DNA of 64,000 bases, taken from IMG/VR virus record IMGVR_UViG_3300033144_003548. The stretch is one strand, 5' to 3'. A program made the translations under genes and the position numbers. Position 1 is the first letter of the stretch. Each line of letters starts with the position of its first letter. The notes beneath the pieces are model-generated. The model searched no databases and had not been told where the DNA came from. It was given only the letters and a program-made list of their open reading frames with translations. Below are positions 1-9,916 of this stretch, in pieces. This DNA is from a virus.

Positions 1-437
1 TCATTAGATTTCTCCTCCATCTTCCCTCTTAATTTGTCAGCTTTCTCTTTAGCAGCCTCTTCCTCAGCTTCTTGCTGTTTCTCTCTATCTTCAAGTGTAG
101 GATTATCAGGTAATTTTATATCAAAGACAGAATCACCTAAATCCGCAACCGCAGCATCCCTAAAATTAGCCATTTCCGCAAGTAGGATGCCAAATATCAA
201 ATCTTGCTTTTCTCTTTCTTCCAGATCCAAGAACAGCGATTGATGGTCAATACTTTCTTTATCTCTTAGACGCTTTCTAAGTTTTCTACTTGCTAATAGA
301 CCATACTGTTGAGCTTGATTATAGTCAAGATCGCCGACCAACCTGACATACATTGTCTCGGTTGTGTTACCCTCTCTATCTTTTATTTCTACTTTTGTGT
401 TCCACTTAAATAGGTTTGCTAAATCCTTAGTTGCCAT
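1..437 (-). CDS. Probable tail assembly chaperone (runs off the window edge)
   Basis: Not in the ORF track. Read manually: ATG at 437, MATKDLANLFKWNTKVEIKDREG..., open to position 1. Function inferred only from its position after the tail tube gene. Confidence 0.5.
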   Translation of the reverse strand, partial: MATKDLANLFKWNTKVEIKDREGNTTETMYVRLVGDLDYNQAQQYGLLASRKLRKRLRDKESIDHQSLFLDLEEREKQDLIFGILLAEMANFRDAAVADLGDSVFDIKLPDNPTLEDREKQQEAEEEAAKEKADKLRGKMEEKSN

Positions 438-483
438 TTTCTTACTCTCCTTCCCTCTTTCTTTTTTCCTCTTCAAAATAAAA

Positions 484-528
484 AGGGGAGTCCAACACAA
501 GAAAAATATCTTGCTTAAAGACTCCCCT
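484..528 (-). terminator. Intrinsic terminator-like hairpin after the tail tube gene
   Basis: GGGGAGTC...GACTCCCC inverted repeat followed by a T-run on the minus strand. Confidence 0.5.
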
Positions 529-588
529 AATAAATCGTTGTACGATTTCCCTTACTATCTTATGTAAGCAATTGAACCTTATTCTATT

Positions 589-1758
589 TTATGCTACCGC
601 ACCGCTATATACAACGCACTGAGCATCATCAGACATAAATGAGAATGTAGCTGTCAATTGACCACCAACATTTGAAGTTGTACCATCTGACGTAATTCTC
701 ATCTTAGGAACTCTGATTGTCTTCAATACTGTAGCGTTATCTGCGGGATCTTTGATAATAACGTCTAGTTGAAGTGTTCTCTCCTCATATTCGTTTACAC
801 CAAACTCACCATAACCATCCGCATCGTTAATGCTGCCAGTAGTTAGTAATGACACAATCTCGTTGTCGGTATCCATAACTGTAATATCACCTGTTATATC
901 GGGTGGGTCAACAACGTAACCAACAACCGAGGTATTACCCATTTCCATAATTTTAGTGTTAGGGAACGTACCTCTGATCGTAACACTCTGAACCCTGTAC
1001 ATATGATTTGCACCAATCTCAACAGGAATATTCTTACCACGAATAGCAGCAGGAACTGTAGCATCTGAAATATTGCTCCAAGTAAGCACACCACTCTGAG
1101 TGTGATACACAGCAAGAGCCATTTCAGTTGTCGCACCACTGACTGTAACTGTTTGACCAGAAACACTGTAACCAGTTCCCTCTTCTAACCAGTCACCATC
1201 AACAATCATACTGATAAGCTTATTACCATTCTTCAGTGCGTTTGGTGCATAGGTTAGAGATAGTTGACCAGCAACAAGGTTACCTGAATCAACAACCACA
1301 TCATTCGCAAAATATCTCTTCTCACTTCCAGCCAGACTGTACTCTTCCGTACTTTCACCATCTACTGAGTAGGTTAATGTGAAATCAGTAACTCTCATAT
1401 ATTTTGCGTGAATGCACTTCAAATGCTCATTAACATCAGCTTCTTTGACATATGCAATCATATCGCAGAATTTAAGCATATTAACATCTACACCACCAGC
1501 AGGGAAAGAATCTGGATCATAACCAGTCATAAATGAAAATATCTTGTGAGATACATCAAAAGCTTGGAATGTAGCAGTCACCTCTGGAACATCTGTTACG
1601 ATACCTGCGTGACCTGGATTACCAAGCTCGTTAATCGTAGTGCTAGGTAAGTTTGCAGGTATATCCAACCTTTGTACACGGTGAGCAAAGAAATCACCAG
1701 AAGGTCCAACAATTCTTAATTTAGTATCTTTATAAGGCACAGCCACTCTTTTAGTCAT
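589..1758 (-). CDS. Major tail (tube) protein
   Basis: 389 aa, beta-rich with an internal two-fold repeat (RVQRLDI..INELGN / RVQSVTI..IMEMGN); follows the tail terminator-like gene. Confidence 0.65.
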   Translation of the reverse strand: MTKRVAVPYKDTKLRIVGPSGDFFAHRVQRLDIPANLPSTTINELGNPGHAGIVTDVPEVTATFQAFDVSHKIFSFMTGYDPDSFPAGGVDVNMLKFCDMIAYVKEADVNEHLKCIHAKYMRVTDFTLTYSVDGESTEEYSLAGSEKRYFANDVVVDSGNLVAGQLSLTYAPNALKNGNKLISMIVDGDWLEEGTGYSVSGQTVTVSGATTEMALAVYHTQSGVLTWSNISDATVPAAIRGKNIPVEIGANHMYRVQSVTIRGTFPNTKIMEMGNTSVVGYVVDPPDITGDITVMDTDNEIVSLLTTGSINDADGYGEFGVNEYEERTLQLDVIIKDPADNATVLKTIRVPKMRITSDGTTSNVGGQLTATFSFMSDDAQCVVYSGAVA

Positions 1759-2179
1759 CTCTTCTACCTCTCTTATTCAACATTTTTACTTTGTCGTAAA
1801 TTTCAAACTCCCTATTAGAATAAGATGAACCACGTTTGTGCCACTGATTTTGTTTACTTAATCTAAGATCAATAAACTCAGTTAATAGCGTGGCTTGCTC
1901 CTTCTTGCTTGGTAAATAACCAACAATATTAGTTAAGAGATGCCTGACATCATCAAAATCATTACATCTCCAAAAGTGTAGTGGTTTGTTAGAACGTTTA
2001 CCATTGGTTTTATTAGTATAAACACCACCCACACCAACCAACTCACAGAAGGTATTTACAATGCTGCGATCAGTATTAAAAAATTTTATGCAGGGTTGAA
2101 GTAATTTACCATTTTTAACAAACCCTATGCTTCCTTCTAACGAAATACACCAAGCAATCAATTGCCAATCTTTATTCAT
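1751..2179 (-). CDS. Free-standing LAGLIDADG-family homing endonuclease
   Basis: N-terminal helix WQLIAWCISLEGSIG and typical C-terminus YLPSKKEQA; ATG at 2179 with GAGGTGG RBS. Confidence 0.75.
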   Translation of the reverse strand: MNKDWQLIAWCISLEGSIGFVKNGKLLQPCIKFFNTDRSIVNTFCELVGVGGVYTNKTNGKRSNKPLHFWRCNDFDDVRHLLTNIVGYLPSKKEQATLLTEFIDLRLSKQNQWHKRGSSYSNREFEIYDKVKMLNKRGRRDD

Positions 2180-2318
2180 AATAAACCACCTCTCAAATAT
2201 CCTTGTAACCAATTCTCCTTGCTACCTTCTAAATCCTTTCCTTTATGTGAATCCGTAATCTCTTTACCCCCAACCTTGAGAGGCTAATCCCTTATTTTTA
2301 TTTTATCCTTACCGTTCC

Positions 2319-2804
2319 TTACGTAGCCTGCGTAGTCACAGTACTAAAAGTAATGGTAGTCCTCCAAAACTTTCTTTCCGATAATGATGGAAATGCGTAA
2401 GTAGGACGCATACTCCTGTCCTCTACGCTTGCCCACTCAATAATTCTAAGATCTGCTCCAGATTTTGCTTTACCATCCTCTCTAAAACCAACAGAGTAGT
2501 CTCTTATAGGAATAGATTTATCCAACGCCTGAAATATAATATCAGACAGTTCATCTCTCTGAGCATCATTGTCAGCAAAGACATCTATAGCCCACGTACG
2601 TCTGAACCAGCTTGAACCAAGTTCACCACCGTCATCTACGGTCTGGCTGTGTTCTACCGACACGCAAGGTACTTCAAGTGTATTGTTCTCTACTTCGGTG
2701 TATGGATAGCTATCTACAACTCTCTTAACCTTATCCCCAACCAGGTCCTTTATAAAGAAATAAACACTAAAATCTTCTTGTCTAAATTTTCCTATGACTA
2801 CCAT
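2319..2804 (-). CDS. Tail terminator / tail completion protein
   Basis: 161 aa with the motif IDVFADNDAQRDELSDII; lies just before the tail tube gene. Confidence 0.6.
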   Translation of the reverse strand: MVVIGKFRQEDFSVYFFIKDLVGDKVKRVVDSYPYTEVENNTLEVPCVSVEHSQTVDDGGELGSSWFRRTWAIDVFADNDAQRDELSDIIFQALDKSIPIRDYSVGFREDGKAKSGADLRIIEWASVEDRSMRPTYAFPSLSERKFWRTTITFSTVTTQAT

Positions 2805-2824
2805 ATCCTCACCTTCTTAATTTG

Positions 2825-3052
2825 CTACGCAAAAATTAATACTAAAATTATTGAGACAAGTGTAGATATAAGACAACCAACAAATGTCCAAACAGCCTTA
2901 TTTATTGATTTCTTCAGACTTTCAAAACCGTTGAACATAAGCATACCAAAGCAAGCAAGGACAACTTCCTTGTCGTCACAGCCTTCAATTCCATAGTTCG
3001 CTATTTTTTCGCAAGCCTCCTCGACTCTAGATCTTAGAATTTCGTGATTCAT
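2825..3052 (-). CDS. Small protein with C-terminal transmembrane helix
   Basis: Hydrophobic C-terminus AVWTFVGCLISTLVSIILVLIFA. Confidence 0.5.
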   Translation of the reverse strand: MNHEILRSRVEEACEKIANYGIEGCDDKEVVLACFGMLMFNGFESLKKSINKAVWTFVGCLISTLVSIILVLIFA

Positions 3053-3062
3053 AATGTAACTC

Positions 3063-3929
3063 CTATCGTGGCAACCAACCGCTCCACCTTCTAATTACCG
3101 TTCCTGTCACGTCTAATATGAAACCTCTCCCAGTTAGACGACCAAGCCTATCAATTGCCGTTGTTCCTGAAATAGCAAAGACAATTGTTCCAGTGGGTGA
3201 AGTCCATACGTGCCCCGCAAATAATTGCCCTCTATAGCTAACTGTAGTAGCTTGATAACCTGCGAACAAAGATGATGGTCTAGCAACTAATGCTCTTACC
3301 ACCGATAAAGTTCTTAGGTATGCAGCCTTCATCTCTCTATTATAGACCACCTTAAAAGCAAGAAGAGTTCGTTTAGGTCCATTTCTAGGATAAGCAGCAG
3401 GACCATTTCCATTCTCAATAAGCTCCCAAAAAGGGGCTTTGGTTTCCGCAAGCATTATACTTGTTCTCGCACCTACAATTTCTTCATATTTCTTACTTGT
3501 ACCAGCTAACCAAGAATTGTAGATACCGATCCACCCTTGAAGCGTACCACCTGGATGAACCATTTTTTGGATTCTTTGCAGATCACCAATATCACCCAAA
3601 GCATCTAAATCCACAAATTTAGCTTGAATCAAACCTTTGCTGTCCCACTCGAAACCTATATTTCTAGGTTGAGATAGTGCTGTATCCATCACGGTAAAAT
3701 ACGCAGGAAACCTACTATACTCATCAATTTCAGCCATATCTTTTCTATAAGCTTCTTTCAAATATTGGTTAAGTCTCTCTGCGGTGGTTATGGCTTGCGT
3801 CTCAATTATAGCGGTAACCTCTGGTAATAGCTGATAGTAAATCACACCGCTTAAAGGGGTTACACCTAATTGAGCCAAGACACCAACAGGATGAAAGGTA
3901 GGTATTCTATGCGTAAATGTCCTTATCAT
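3063..3929 (-). CDS. Putative neck / virion morphogenesis protein
   Basis: 288 aa in the head-tail joining block; APFWELIENG resembles the APY..xE.G motif of HK97 gp10-like proteins. Confidence 0.4.
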   Translation of the reverse strand: MIRTFTHRIPTFHPVGVLAQLGVTPLSGVIYYQLLPEVTAIIETQAITTAERLNQYLKEAYRKDMAEIDEYSRFPAYFTVMDTALSQPRNIGFEWDSKGLIQAKFVDLDALGDIGDLQRIQKMVHPGGTLQGWIGIYNSWLAGTSKKYEEIVGARTSIMLAETKAPFWELIENGNGPAAYPRNGPKRTLLAFKVVYNREMKAAYLRTLSVVRALVARPSSLFAGYQATTVSYRGQLFAGHVWTSPTGTIVFAISGTTAIDRLGRLTGRGFILDVTGTVIRRWSGWLPR

Positions 3930-4150
3930 TCGTCCTTAATACCTTCTACATCAATGCCTATAACAGTGAAGACGCTCCTTGTGAATCCATTCATATTATC
4001 AAGAAATATTTTTCTTATTTTACTAAAGGAGTCACCCTTTCCCATCTCTTCCTCTAAATCGTTAAGAGCTATTGCACAATAACGCTTTTTCCTTTTATTT
4101 ATTAGCTTAACGATTTCGATTTCTGGTAATCCTTCCAATTCCTTACTCAT
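3926..4150 (-). CDS. Hypothetical protein
   Basis: 74 aa, RBS present, translationally coupled to its neighbours. Confidence 0.6.
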   Translation of the reverse strand: MSKELEGLPEIEIVKLINKRKKRYCAIALNDLEEEMGKGDSFSKIRKIFLDNMNGFTRSVFTVIGIDVEGIKDE

Positions 4151-4152
4151 AA

Positions 4153-4605
4153 TTACTCCTTACCAACTTCTCTACAAACAAATCTAATACGATCTCTTGT
4201 AGGTACTCCTCTCTTAATTGTTCTAAAAATTTCCAGTTTTCTACTATCCACTCTGACTTCTTTTATCTTAACTATTTGAGTCTCTGAAAGAGAGTCTATA
4301 CCAATAGTTATAAAACAATCACCAGTCAGAGTCTCACCAGCGATCCCAAAATCCGATTCATCACCAGTACGCCACCTAACGTGAGCAAGGACTCCAGACT
4401 CAACATCCTGAGTGATCCAATACTGACCAGAACAAATAGGACAAAATTGATCCAAACTAAGCTCATTTACACTATCATATAAATCAGCACCACTGCACAC
4501 AGGGCAAGCAGTTTCAACACCCTGTATAACAAACGTTACGGTCTGTCCGATAGCGTCTCTGATAGCATCCTTCGTGCTTTTAGTGGTTGGGAACTGTATC
4601 GTCAT
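4153..4605 (-). CDS. Putative head closure/adaptor protein with two CxxC pairs
   Basis: CPVC...CPIC; position in the head-tail block. Confidence 0.45.
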   Translation of the reverse strand: MTIQFPTTKSTKDAIRDAIGQTVTFVIQGVETACPVCSGADLYDSVNELSLDQFCPICSGQYWITQDVESGVLAHVRWRTGDESDFGIAGETLTGDCFITIGIDSLSETQIVKIKEVRVDSRKLEIFRTIKRGVPTRDRIRFVCREVGKE

Positions 4606-5881
4606 CTTTCTTCACTGTCTCCTCTTTCGTTACCTCACCAGCGTTAGCTTCTATTCTTACAGGTTCTTCCTCAGTATACTTCTTAGATAATGATTTATCA
4701 CCATTCTGTAGCATATCCTGAATAACTTTGTCAAATTGATTCGCAATATAAGCCCAAGTAAACCGCTCTTGCTGAACATATTCATAAGCCTTCTTAGCCA
4801 GTTCCTTAGTCTTGTCTCTATTCTGATACAAGTCTTCTAGTATATCAGCCAAATGCTCGACATTAATTACACCACCCTCGGTATTAATACCACCAGTGAG
4901 AACTTCCCATTCTTGGATCTCAATAAGAGGAGCGATACCTTCCCATAACTCCTTACAAGCTGAATGATTTGGAACAACTTGAGCTACTCCACAAGCTGCA
5001 CTCTCAAATGGACTTAGACCAAAACCCTCTCCCATAGAAGTCATTACGTGAACATCAGCCACATTGTAGATCTTGCATAACGAGCTAAGAGAAACTCCGT
5101 GAGCAGGGGTAAAGTTAGTTTGGTCTGTAATTAAGAACCTATCATCTATTCCCCATCTCTGAGCAAGATCGACGAGATTCCAACCAACATCCTTTAGGCT
5201 TCCGTGATAATAAAATGAGATATTCTTTCTATCCTCTGGAGACTTACGGCTCAACCATAGCTGCATAGCTTTTAGGAATAAATCAAGCCTTTTTCTAGGT
5301 TGATTTCTATTAATATTTTGAACTACAAACGCATCGGGTGGGACATTCGCAAGAAACTTTCTAGCATCTTCCATCGGATAAAACTCATCAGTATCAACAC
5401 CGTGACCTATAATATCAACATTAATTCCTTCGTGTGCTGCTTGTATTCCATCCTTTGCAAAGTTAGTATAAGTACCAACTCTAGCATTAACTCTGGTTAG
5501 ATTATTAATCCAGTTGCTATGTACTGGTAGAGCATCAACAGGTGAATAAGTAAAAATCCTATTGTTTTCTGGAATAAATTTTACATACTCCGCAACAATC
5601 CATAAATCATTATTTATAATTATGATATGAGGTTGCTCTTTGGCTACCAATTCCTCTACTCGATTAAAACCATAAATGTTCCCCTTCGCCCTGGCTGGAT
5701 ATATTCTAAACATCCCTTCATAACGATGCGGATCACCTATAGGATGGTTAATGCCCAAAATTGACACATCATACCTATCGGTCTGAAATAAACCTTCCAG
5801 AACTCCTTGTGAAACCCTTCCAAAACCAGTAGAGACAGCAGGACTATCACCAATCCATAAAACTTTTATCTTTCCGTTCAT
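4580..5881 (-). CDS. GT-B glycosyltransferase (GT4-like)
   Basis: KVLWIGD..TGFGRV, HGVD, NRNQPRKRLD and EGFGLSPFESAACG motifs; ATG at 5881 with RBS. Confidence 0.9.
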   Translation of the reverse strand: MNGKIKVLWIGDSPAVSTGFGRVSQGVLEGLFQTDRYDVSILGINHPIGDPHRYEGMFRIYPARAKGNIYGFNRVEELVAKEQPHIIIINNDLWIVAEYVKFIPENNRIFTYSPVDALPVHSNWINNLTRVNARVGTYTNFAKDGIQAAHEGINVDIIGHGVDTDEFYPMEDARKFLANVPPDAFVVQNINRNQPRKRLDLFLKAMQLWLSRKSPEDRKNISFYYHGSLKDVGWNLVDLAQRWGIDDRFLITDQTNFTPAHGVSLSSLCKIYNVADVHVMTSMGEGFGLSPFESAACGVAQVVPNHSACKELWEGIAPLIEIQEWEVLTGGINTEGGVINVEHLADILEDLYQNRDKTKELAKKAYEYVQQERFTWAYIANQFDKVIQDMLQNGDKSLSKKYTEEEPVRIEANAGEVTKEETVKKDDDTVPNH

Positions 5882-5891
5882 AACCTCTCCT

Positions 5892-6593
5892 TTACCAAGC
5901 TGTCCTTTTTGCACCTACCATTTTAGGTACATTAATTATCTCATCATTATCCTTCACCAGCACAACAGCATAACAAGAATTGCCGTGAAATTTCATTGGA
6001 ACTGCACTAAAACCGTGCCCAAAATGTCTCATAGGTTTGCTATACTTAAAGTAAAATTTTGCAGTTTCGTGAAGGTGACCAGAATAAATAGCTCTCAAGT
6101 TATCCCTCAAAAGCTCGTGCTTATTTTCCACAGGTCTAGACCAAAATGGGTGGTGCGAGAACATAATATGATACCCTTCACCCTTCATTCTGGCTTTCAA
6201 CCATTGATATTGCTGCGGATCTTCAGCAGCCATAACATCTGCCCAACCTACAGCAAACCTGTGCCTCATAAAAGAAGTGTCAAGAAACTCTAAATGATAC
6301 CCACCAAGGTTTAGTGTCTTGTATCTATCACCAAAGTTATCACTCCAATGGTCACTACCATCATAATCACCAGGTAGAACTACAACCTTATGACGTATTT
6401 TATTAATGGTTTTTGTCGCCAAATCAATTGTTTCTTTGTCGGGAGTGTGAGCTATATCGCCAGTTGCAATAACCAAATCAACCGCTTCTTGGTTAATTGG
6501 ATCTACCATAGGTTCAAGCAAATTCCTGTGTTTAGTAATGTGCAAGTCCGAAATCTGGATAAACCTTAAAACGAACCTTTCCTTTGTTTCCAT
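5892..6593 (-). CDS. Calcineurin-like metallophosphoesterase
   Basis: SDLH, TGD, HHP and SGHLH motifs; the usual GNHD appears as GDYD. Confidence 0.8.
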   Translation of the reverse strand: METKERFVLRFIQISDLHITKHRNLLEPMVDPINQEAVDLVIATGDIAHTPDKETIDLATKTINKIRHKVVVLPGDYDGSDHWSDNFGDRYKTLNLGGYHLEFLDTSFMRHRFAVGWADVMAAEDPQQYQWLKARMKGEGYHIMFSHHPFWSRPVENKHELLRDNLRAIYSGHLHETAKFYFKYSKPMRHFGHGFSAVPMKFHGNSCYAVVLVKDNDEIINVPKMVGAKRTAW

Positions 6594-6608
6594 ATCCTCT
6601 CCTTTATT

Positions 6609-6637
6609 ATTATACCATTTTTTAATTTAATTGTCAA
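6609..6637 (-). promoter_or_regulatory. sigma70-type promoter for the phosphoesterase-glycosyltransferase pair
   Basis: TTGACA-17nt-TATAAT with TGn extended -10 on the minus strand. Confidence 0.75.
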
Positions 6638-6800
6638 TATATATAAAGTATACGGTAATAAGCACACGGCTCAGCACCTTAAACTATCATCAAGTATTAA
6701 ATATTCATTAGTAGGTGATAGAAACTTTCCAGCACCAAGCGCCAATTGCGGGGGAGGGAAGCCACAAATCAGACCTCTCCTCCCCACAACCTGCACTATA

Positions 6801-7298
6801 TTATATCGTCTGAACCTGAACGCCACCAATCTCCGCCTTACTTGGGCTTGTTGGTGAACCCTCAAGCTTCGTAATAACTTCCTTCAGGTAGTCAATAGTT
6901 CTTACTTGTTTGTTTTCTTCTTGAGCAATCTCCAGCAATCTTATAACTGGAACAGGTGAAGTAAACTTATCAACTCTAGGCTTCATCTTGCTCAAAGGTT
7001 TCTTTAACAAATCTCTCAGGTAACCATCGCTAACCGCATTAGTTTCATCGAGAGACAAAGTGTGCTCCGAAATCTCGATTAAATACCCTTGCACGATTGC
7101 TGACTTATTATTCTTTTTGAAATACTTTTCAGCTTCTCCATCGGTAAGCTCAATAGTCATCGCATCAACGTCAGCATTTGGATCATTCGGGTCACCTTTC
7201 AGTAAAAACTCTTCTGGATCTCCCTTCTTATTAAGAATTCTGCCACCTACAGATCCTCTGATGGCTTTTCTCCAAAATTTAGGATAACTGTCTTCCAT
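6801..7298 (-). CDS. Hypothetical protein downstream of the capsid gene
   Basis: 165 aa, AAGGAG RBS, flanked by GC-rich hairpins. Confidence 0.6.
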   Translation of the reverse strand: MEDSYPKFWRKAIRGSVGGRILNKKGDPEEFLLKGDPNDPNADVDAMTIELTDGEAEKYFKKNNKSAIVQGYLIEISEHTLSLDETNAVSDGYLRDLLKKPLSKMKPRVDKFTSPVPVIRLLEIAQEENKQVRTIDYLKEVITKLEGSPTSPSKAEIGGVQVQTI

Positions 7299-7406
7299 TT
7301 TAAACTCCTTTGTGTTTTTTATACTAAGCTTCTGAACCTCTCTCCCGCCTAGTTAGGATTATTCGAGGGGAGGGAATTTAGCCCTCCCCATTTACATCAG
7401 CTTCGA

Positions 7407-8336
7407 TTAAGGCTTGTCCAGTCTGATTACAGCCACGTTCTCCATCCTGTCGAACATCAAACCAAATTGCTGGTAGATTCTGATGTGCCAAGTTGGAGGT
7501 GCTGTGCTCATATCAGTCCACTGATCTTCTCTTGTGTCCCCATAAGTGATGAACTCACCGCACTCGTCACCTACCACGACAACCATATTGTCCTTGATAA
7601 GTGGAGTTCTGTCATATGGATTATCATAGACTTGCTCCAAAGCGATGAAGTTAGCACCATAGTAAACACCAAACCAACCTGTTCTCCTGATCTCTTCAAG
7701 TGCTGAAGGAACAGGAATAGCAGCAGTAGGTGTAGCGATTTCTGTTGCTGTAGGTAGTCTGTAGCCAGCAAACTTTGTGATAGGAGCTAAGGCTGTTCTT
7801 CTGCCAACCACTGCCCTTACTGCTCCAGCAGTATCAGCTATATAATCAATAGAATCTTCCAATGTGCTCCTAGTAATAGGACCTGTCACATAGTAGAAGT
7901 TATTACTATCGTTTATAGTAGCTAGGGTGTACATAGCATTCAATACCTTTGTTACATAGAAGTCAGAAAGCTTGGCTGTCATTTCCCTACGGATGTCATC
8001 GACAGTACCAATTTCTCCAGACTCCACCTCCCACTCATTGTGGGAAACTTCTGCATATGCCTGATCCAAGTTGTAATTAACAACTTCTTTCACAGTGATC
8101 TGGCTAGATAGAGTTGTCTGACCAGGAACTAACTGCCTGACCTCGATACCTCTACGCACTTTCTTTACCAGAGCATCACCAGGGTTAAGTGCTCTTGTAT
8201 TCAAGAACATACCCACAATGTCCTGAGTAACGTGCTTAGGATCGATGTATTCGACAATCAATTCAGCCAGCGTATCTCTTGCAGCCTTGTTCTTAGCAAT
8301 TTCCGCATAAGCTGTCTTAAATTTCTCTAATTCCAT
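7407..8336 (-). CDS. Major capsid protein (probable HK97 fold)
   Basis: 309 aa; follows protease, scaffold and decoration genes; hairpins on both sides (about 7366-7389 and 8351-8373). Confidence 0.7.
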   Translation of the reverse strand: MELEKFKTAYAEIAKNKAARDTLAELIVEYIDPKHVTQDIVGMFLNTRALNPGDALVKKVRRGIEVRQLVPGQTTLSSQITVKEVVNYNLDQAYAEVSHNEWEVESGEIGTVDDIRREMTAKLSDFYVTKVLNAMYTLATINDSNNFYYVTGPITRSTLEDSIDYIADTAGAVRAVVGRRTALAPITKFAGYRLPTATEIATPTAAIPVPSALEEIRRTGWFGVYYGANFIALEQVYDNPYDRTPLIKDNMVVVVGDECGEFITYGDTREDQWTDMSTAPPTWHIRIYQQFGLMFDRMENVAVIRLDKP

Positions 8337-8397
8337 CTTTACTCCATTATTGGGGAGGGAGACTATCCCTCCCCGCCTACTCTATTTTTTTCAAAGG

Positions 8398-8949
8398 TTA
8401 TCCAGTTTTGATAGTTAGTTCGCCCTTTGTGCTGTTAAACTCAAATACGATACCAACCTGTCCACCAGTTCCCTTATACCATTTACCACCAGACTTAACA
8501 CTGATTCCATCACCCACATCAAATGAAGAGCCAGTGTAACAGCCAGATGTAACAGTGTAGATGCCATCATCATAAGCCAGCATCAACGCACCAGATAGAA
8601 TTGTCTGCTCAGGACTCTTTAATCTAGGTGCAACCATTCTCAACTTTACGTCAGCAGGAAGATTCTCCTGTCCCTCTGGATACTCTCTCAAGGTATAAGG
8701 CTGAGATGTAGTATTACCAGTCTCATCAAGAGTTGGTAGAGACTCGTAAATAGGAGGTTTCTCATTGTAAACCCTGAACGCAGCTACGAAATGAGCAGCA
8801 GTATCATCATCGGCAGTAGGAAGTTGAGCACCCTGAACCACATCAGGGCTTGATTTGCCCGTAGCAGGAACAAGCTTCACAGCAAGCCCCGCCTGTATAT
8901 CTTCCTGTGCAACGCAAGGAATTGCTGTTCCTTGTAATTTAATTTCCAT
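8398..8949 (-). CDS. Putative capsid decoration/cement protein
   Basis: 183 aa, Gly/Thr-rich beta protein directly before the capsid gene. Confidence 0.5.
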   Translation of the reverse strand: MEIKLQGTAIPCVAQEDIQAGLAVKLVPATGKSSPDVVQGAQLPTADDDTAAHFVAAFRVYNEKPPIYESLPTLDETGNTTSQPYTLREYPEGQENLPADVKLRMVAPRLKSPEQTILSGALMLAYDDGIYTVTSGCYTGSSFDVGDGISVKSGGKWYKGTGGQVGIVFEFNSTKGELTIKTG

Positions 8950-8972
8950 TATTTCTTACTCCTCTTAACAGT

Positions 8973-9914
8973 TTATTTTCTGTCCTTCTTCATCTCGTTC
9001 AGACCTTCCCTCACAGTTTCCACTGCATCAGAATCGTCTTCGCTAGAAATCTGAGGAACTTTTATGCTTGCTGAAGCCTTTGCTCCTTTCTTTAATTCAC
9101 CCATCTTTGAAATTGTTACTTTCAAGACCTCTTCAGACATATTAAGCCAGTAATCAGCCTCAGCCTCAACATCAGCCTCGATGCCAGCTTCCTCTAATTG
9201 AGTTTTAATAGTCTTCAGCCTCTCCGCTTTTTCAGCAGCCTCTTCGGTATCGCTCTTGAACTTTCTCAAAGCCTCAAGCTCTTCCTTTTGATCGTTTAGC
9301 TCTTTTGTTAAGTCATCAACTTGTGATGCTTTCTCTTCCAGAGCAGTCTTGTCAGCTTCTAATGTCTCTTTCTCTCTCTCTAAAGTTTCATTAGTAGCCT
9401 TAACAGTCTTCAACTCTGACTCTAGAGCCTCAATCTTCTCTTTATCTTCCATATTTTCCTCCTCTGAACTATCAGATTCTAGAACGATGCTATCGCAACG
9501 CTCTCCCATCGTCTCGCTATCATAGTATTCCACAAATGCTTGCGCCCAATCGAACTCATCTGACTCACCAACCTGAAGGTCCAGATTATAATGCCTTTTA
9601 GCGTAGCTCTTGATCCTTGATTCAACGCTCTTGAACTTCTTACCTAAAATGGCTTTATTGTCAGCGTGATGGACATATCTCCAAGCAGCTAGGCATCTTG
9701 ATTTTGTGTCTAATGGGTATCTATAACACTCTGGATCACCATAGTCCGATTTGTTCTTTGGATACCCTTTTGGCGGACTCTTATGACAAAGCTGTTCCCT
9801 GCCCTGAGCAAACTCAGAAGGTTCTGTTTCTGCTTGAGAAGGAACACCAGCAACAAGAATCTGCCTAATAGCTTTCAATTGAGGAGTAGGTACATCTTTC
9901 AAATCAATATTCAT
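8973..9914 (-). CDS. Putative head scaffolding protein
   Basis: N-terminal YPLDTKSRCLAAWRY domain plus a long acidic coiled coil. Confidence 0.55.
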   Translation of the reverse strand: MNIDLKDVPTPQLKAIRQILVAGVPSQAETEPSEFAQGREQLCHKSPPKGYPKNKSDYGDPECYRYPLDTKSRCLAAWRYVHHADNKAILGKKFKSVESRIKSYAKRHYNLDLQVGESDEFDWAQAFVEYYDSETMGERCDSIVLESDSSEEENMEDKEKIEALESELKTVKATNETLEREKETLEADKTALEEKASQVDDLTKELNDQKEELEALRKFKSDTEEAAEKAERLKTIKTQLEEAGIEADVEAEADYWLNMSEEVLKVTISKMGELKKGAKASASIKVPQISSEDDSDAVETVREGLNEMKKDRK

Positions 9915-9916
9915 TT

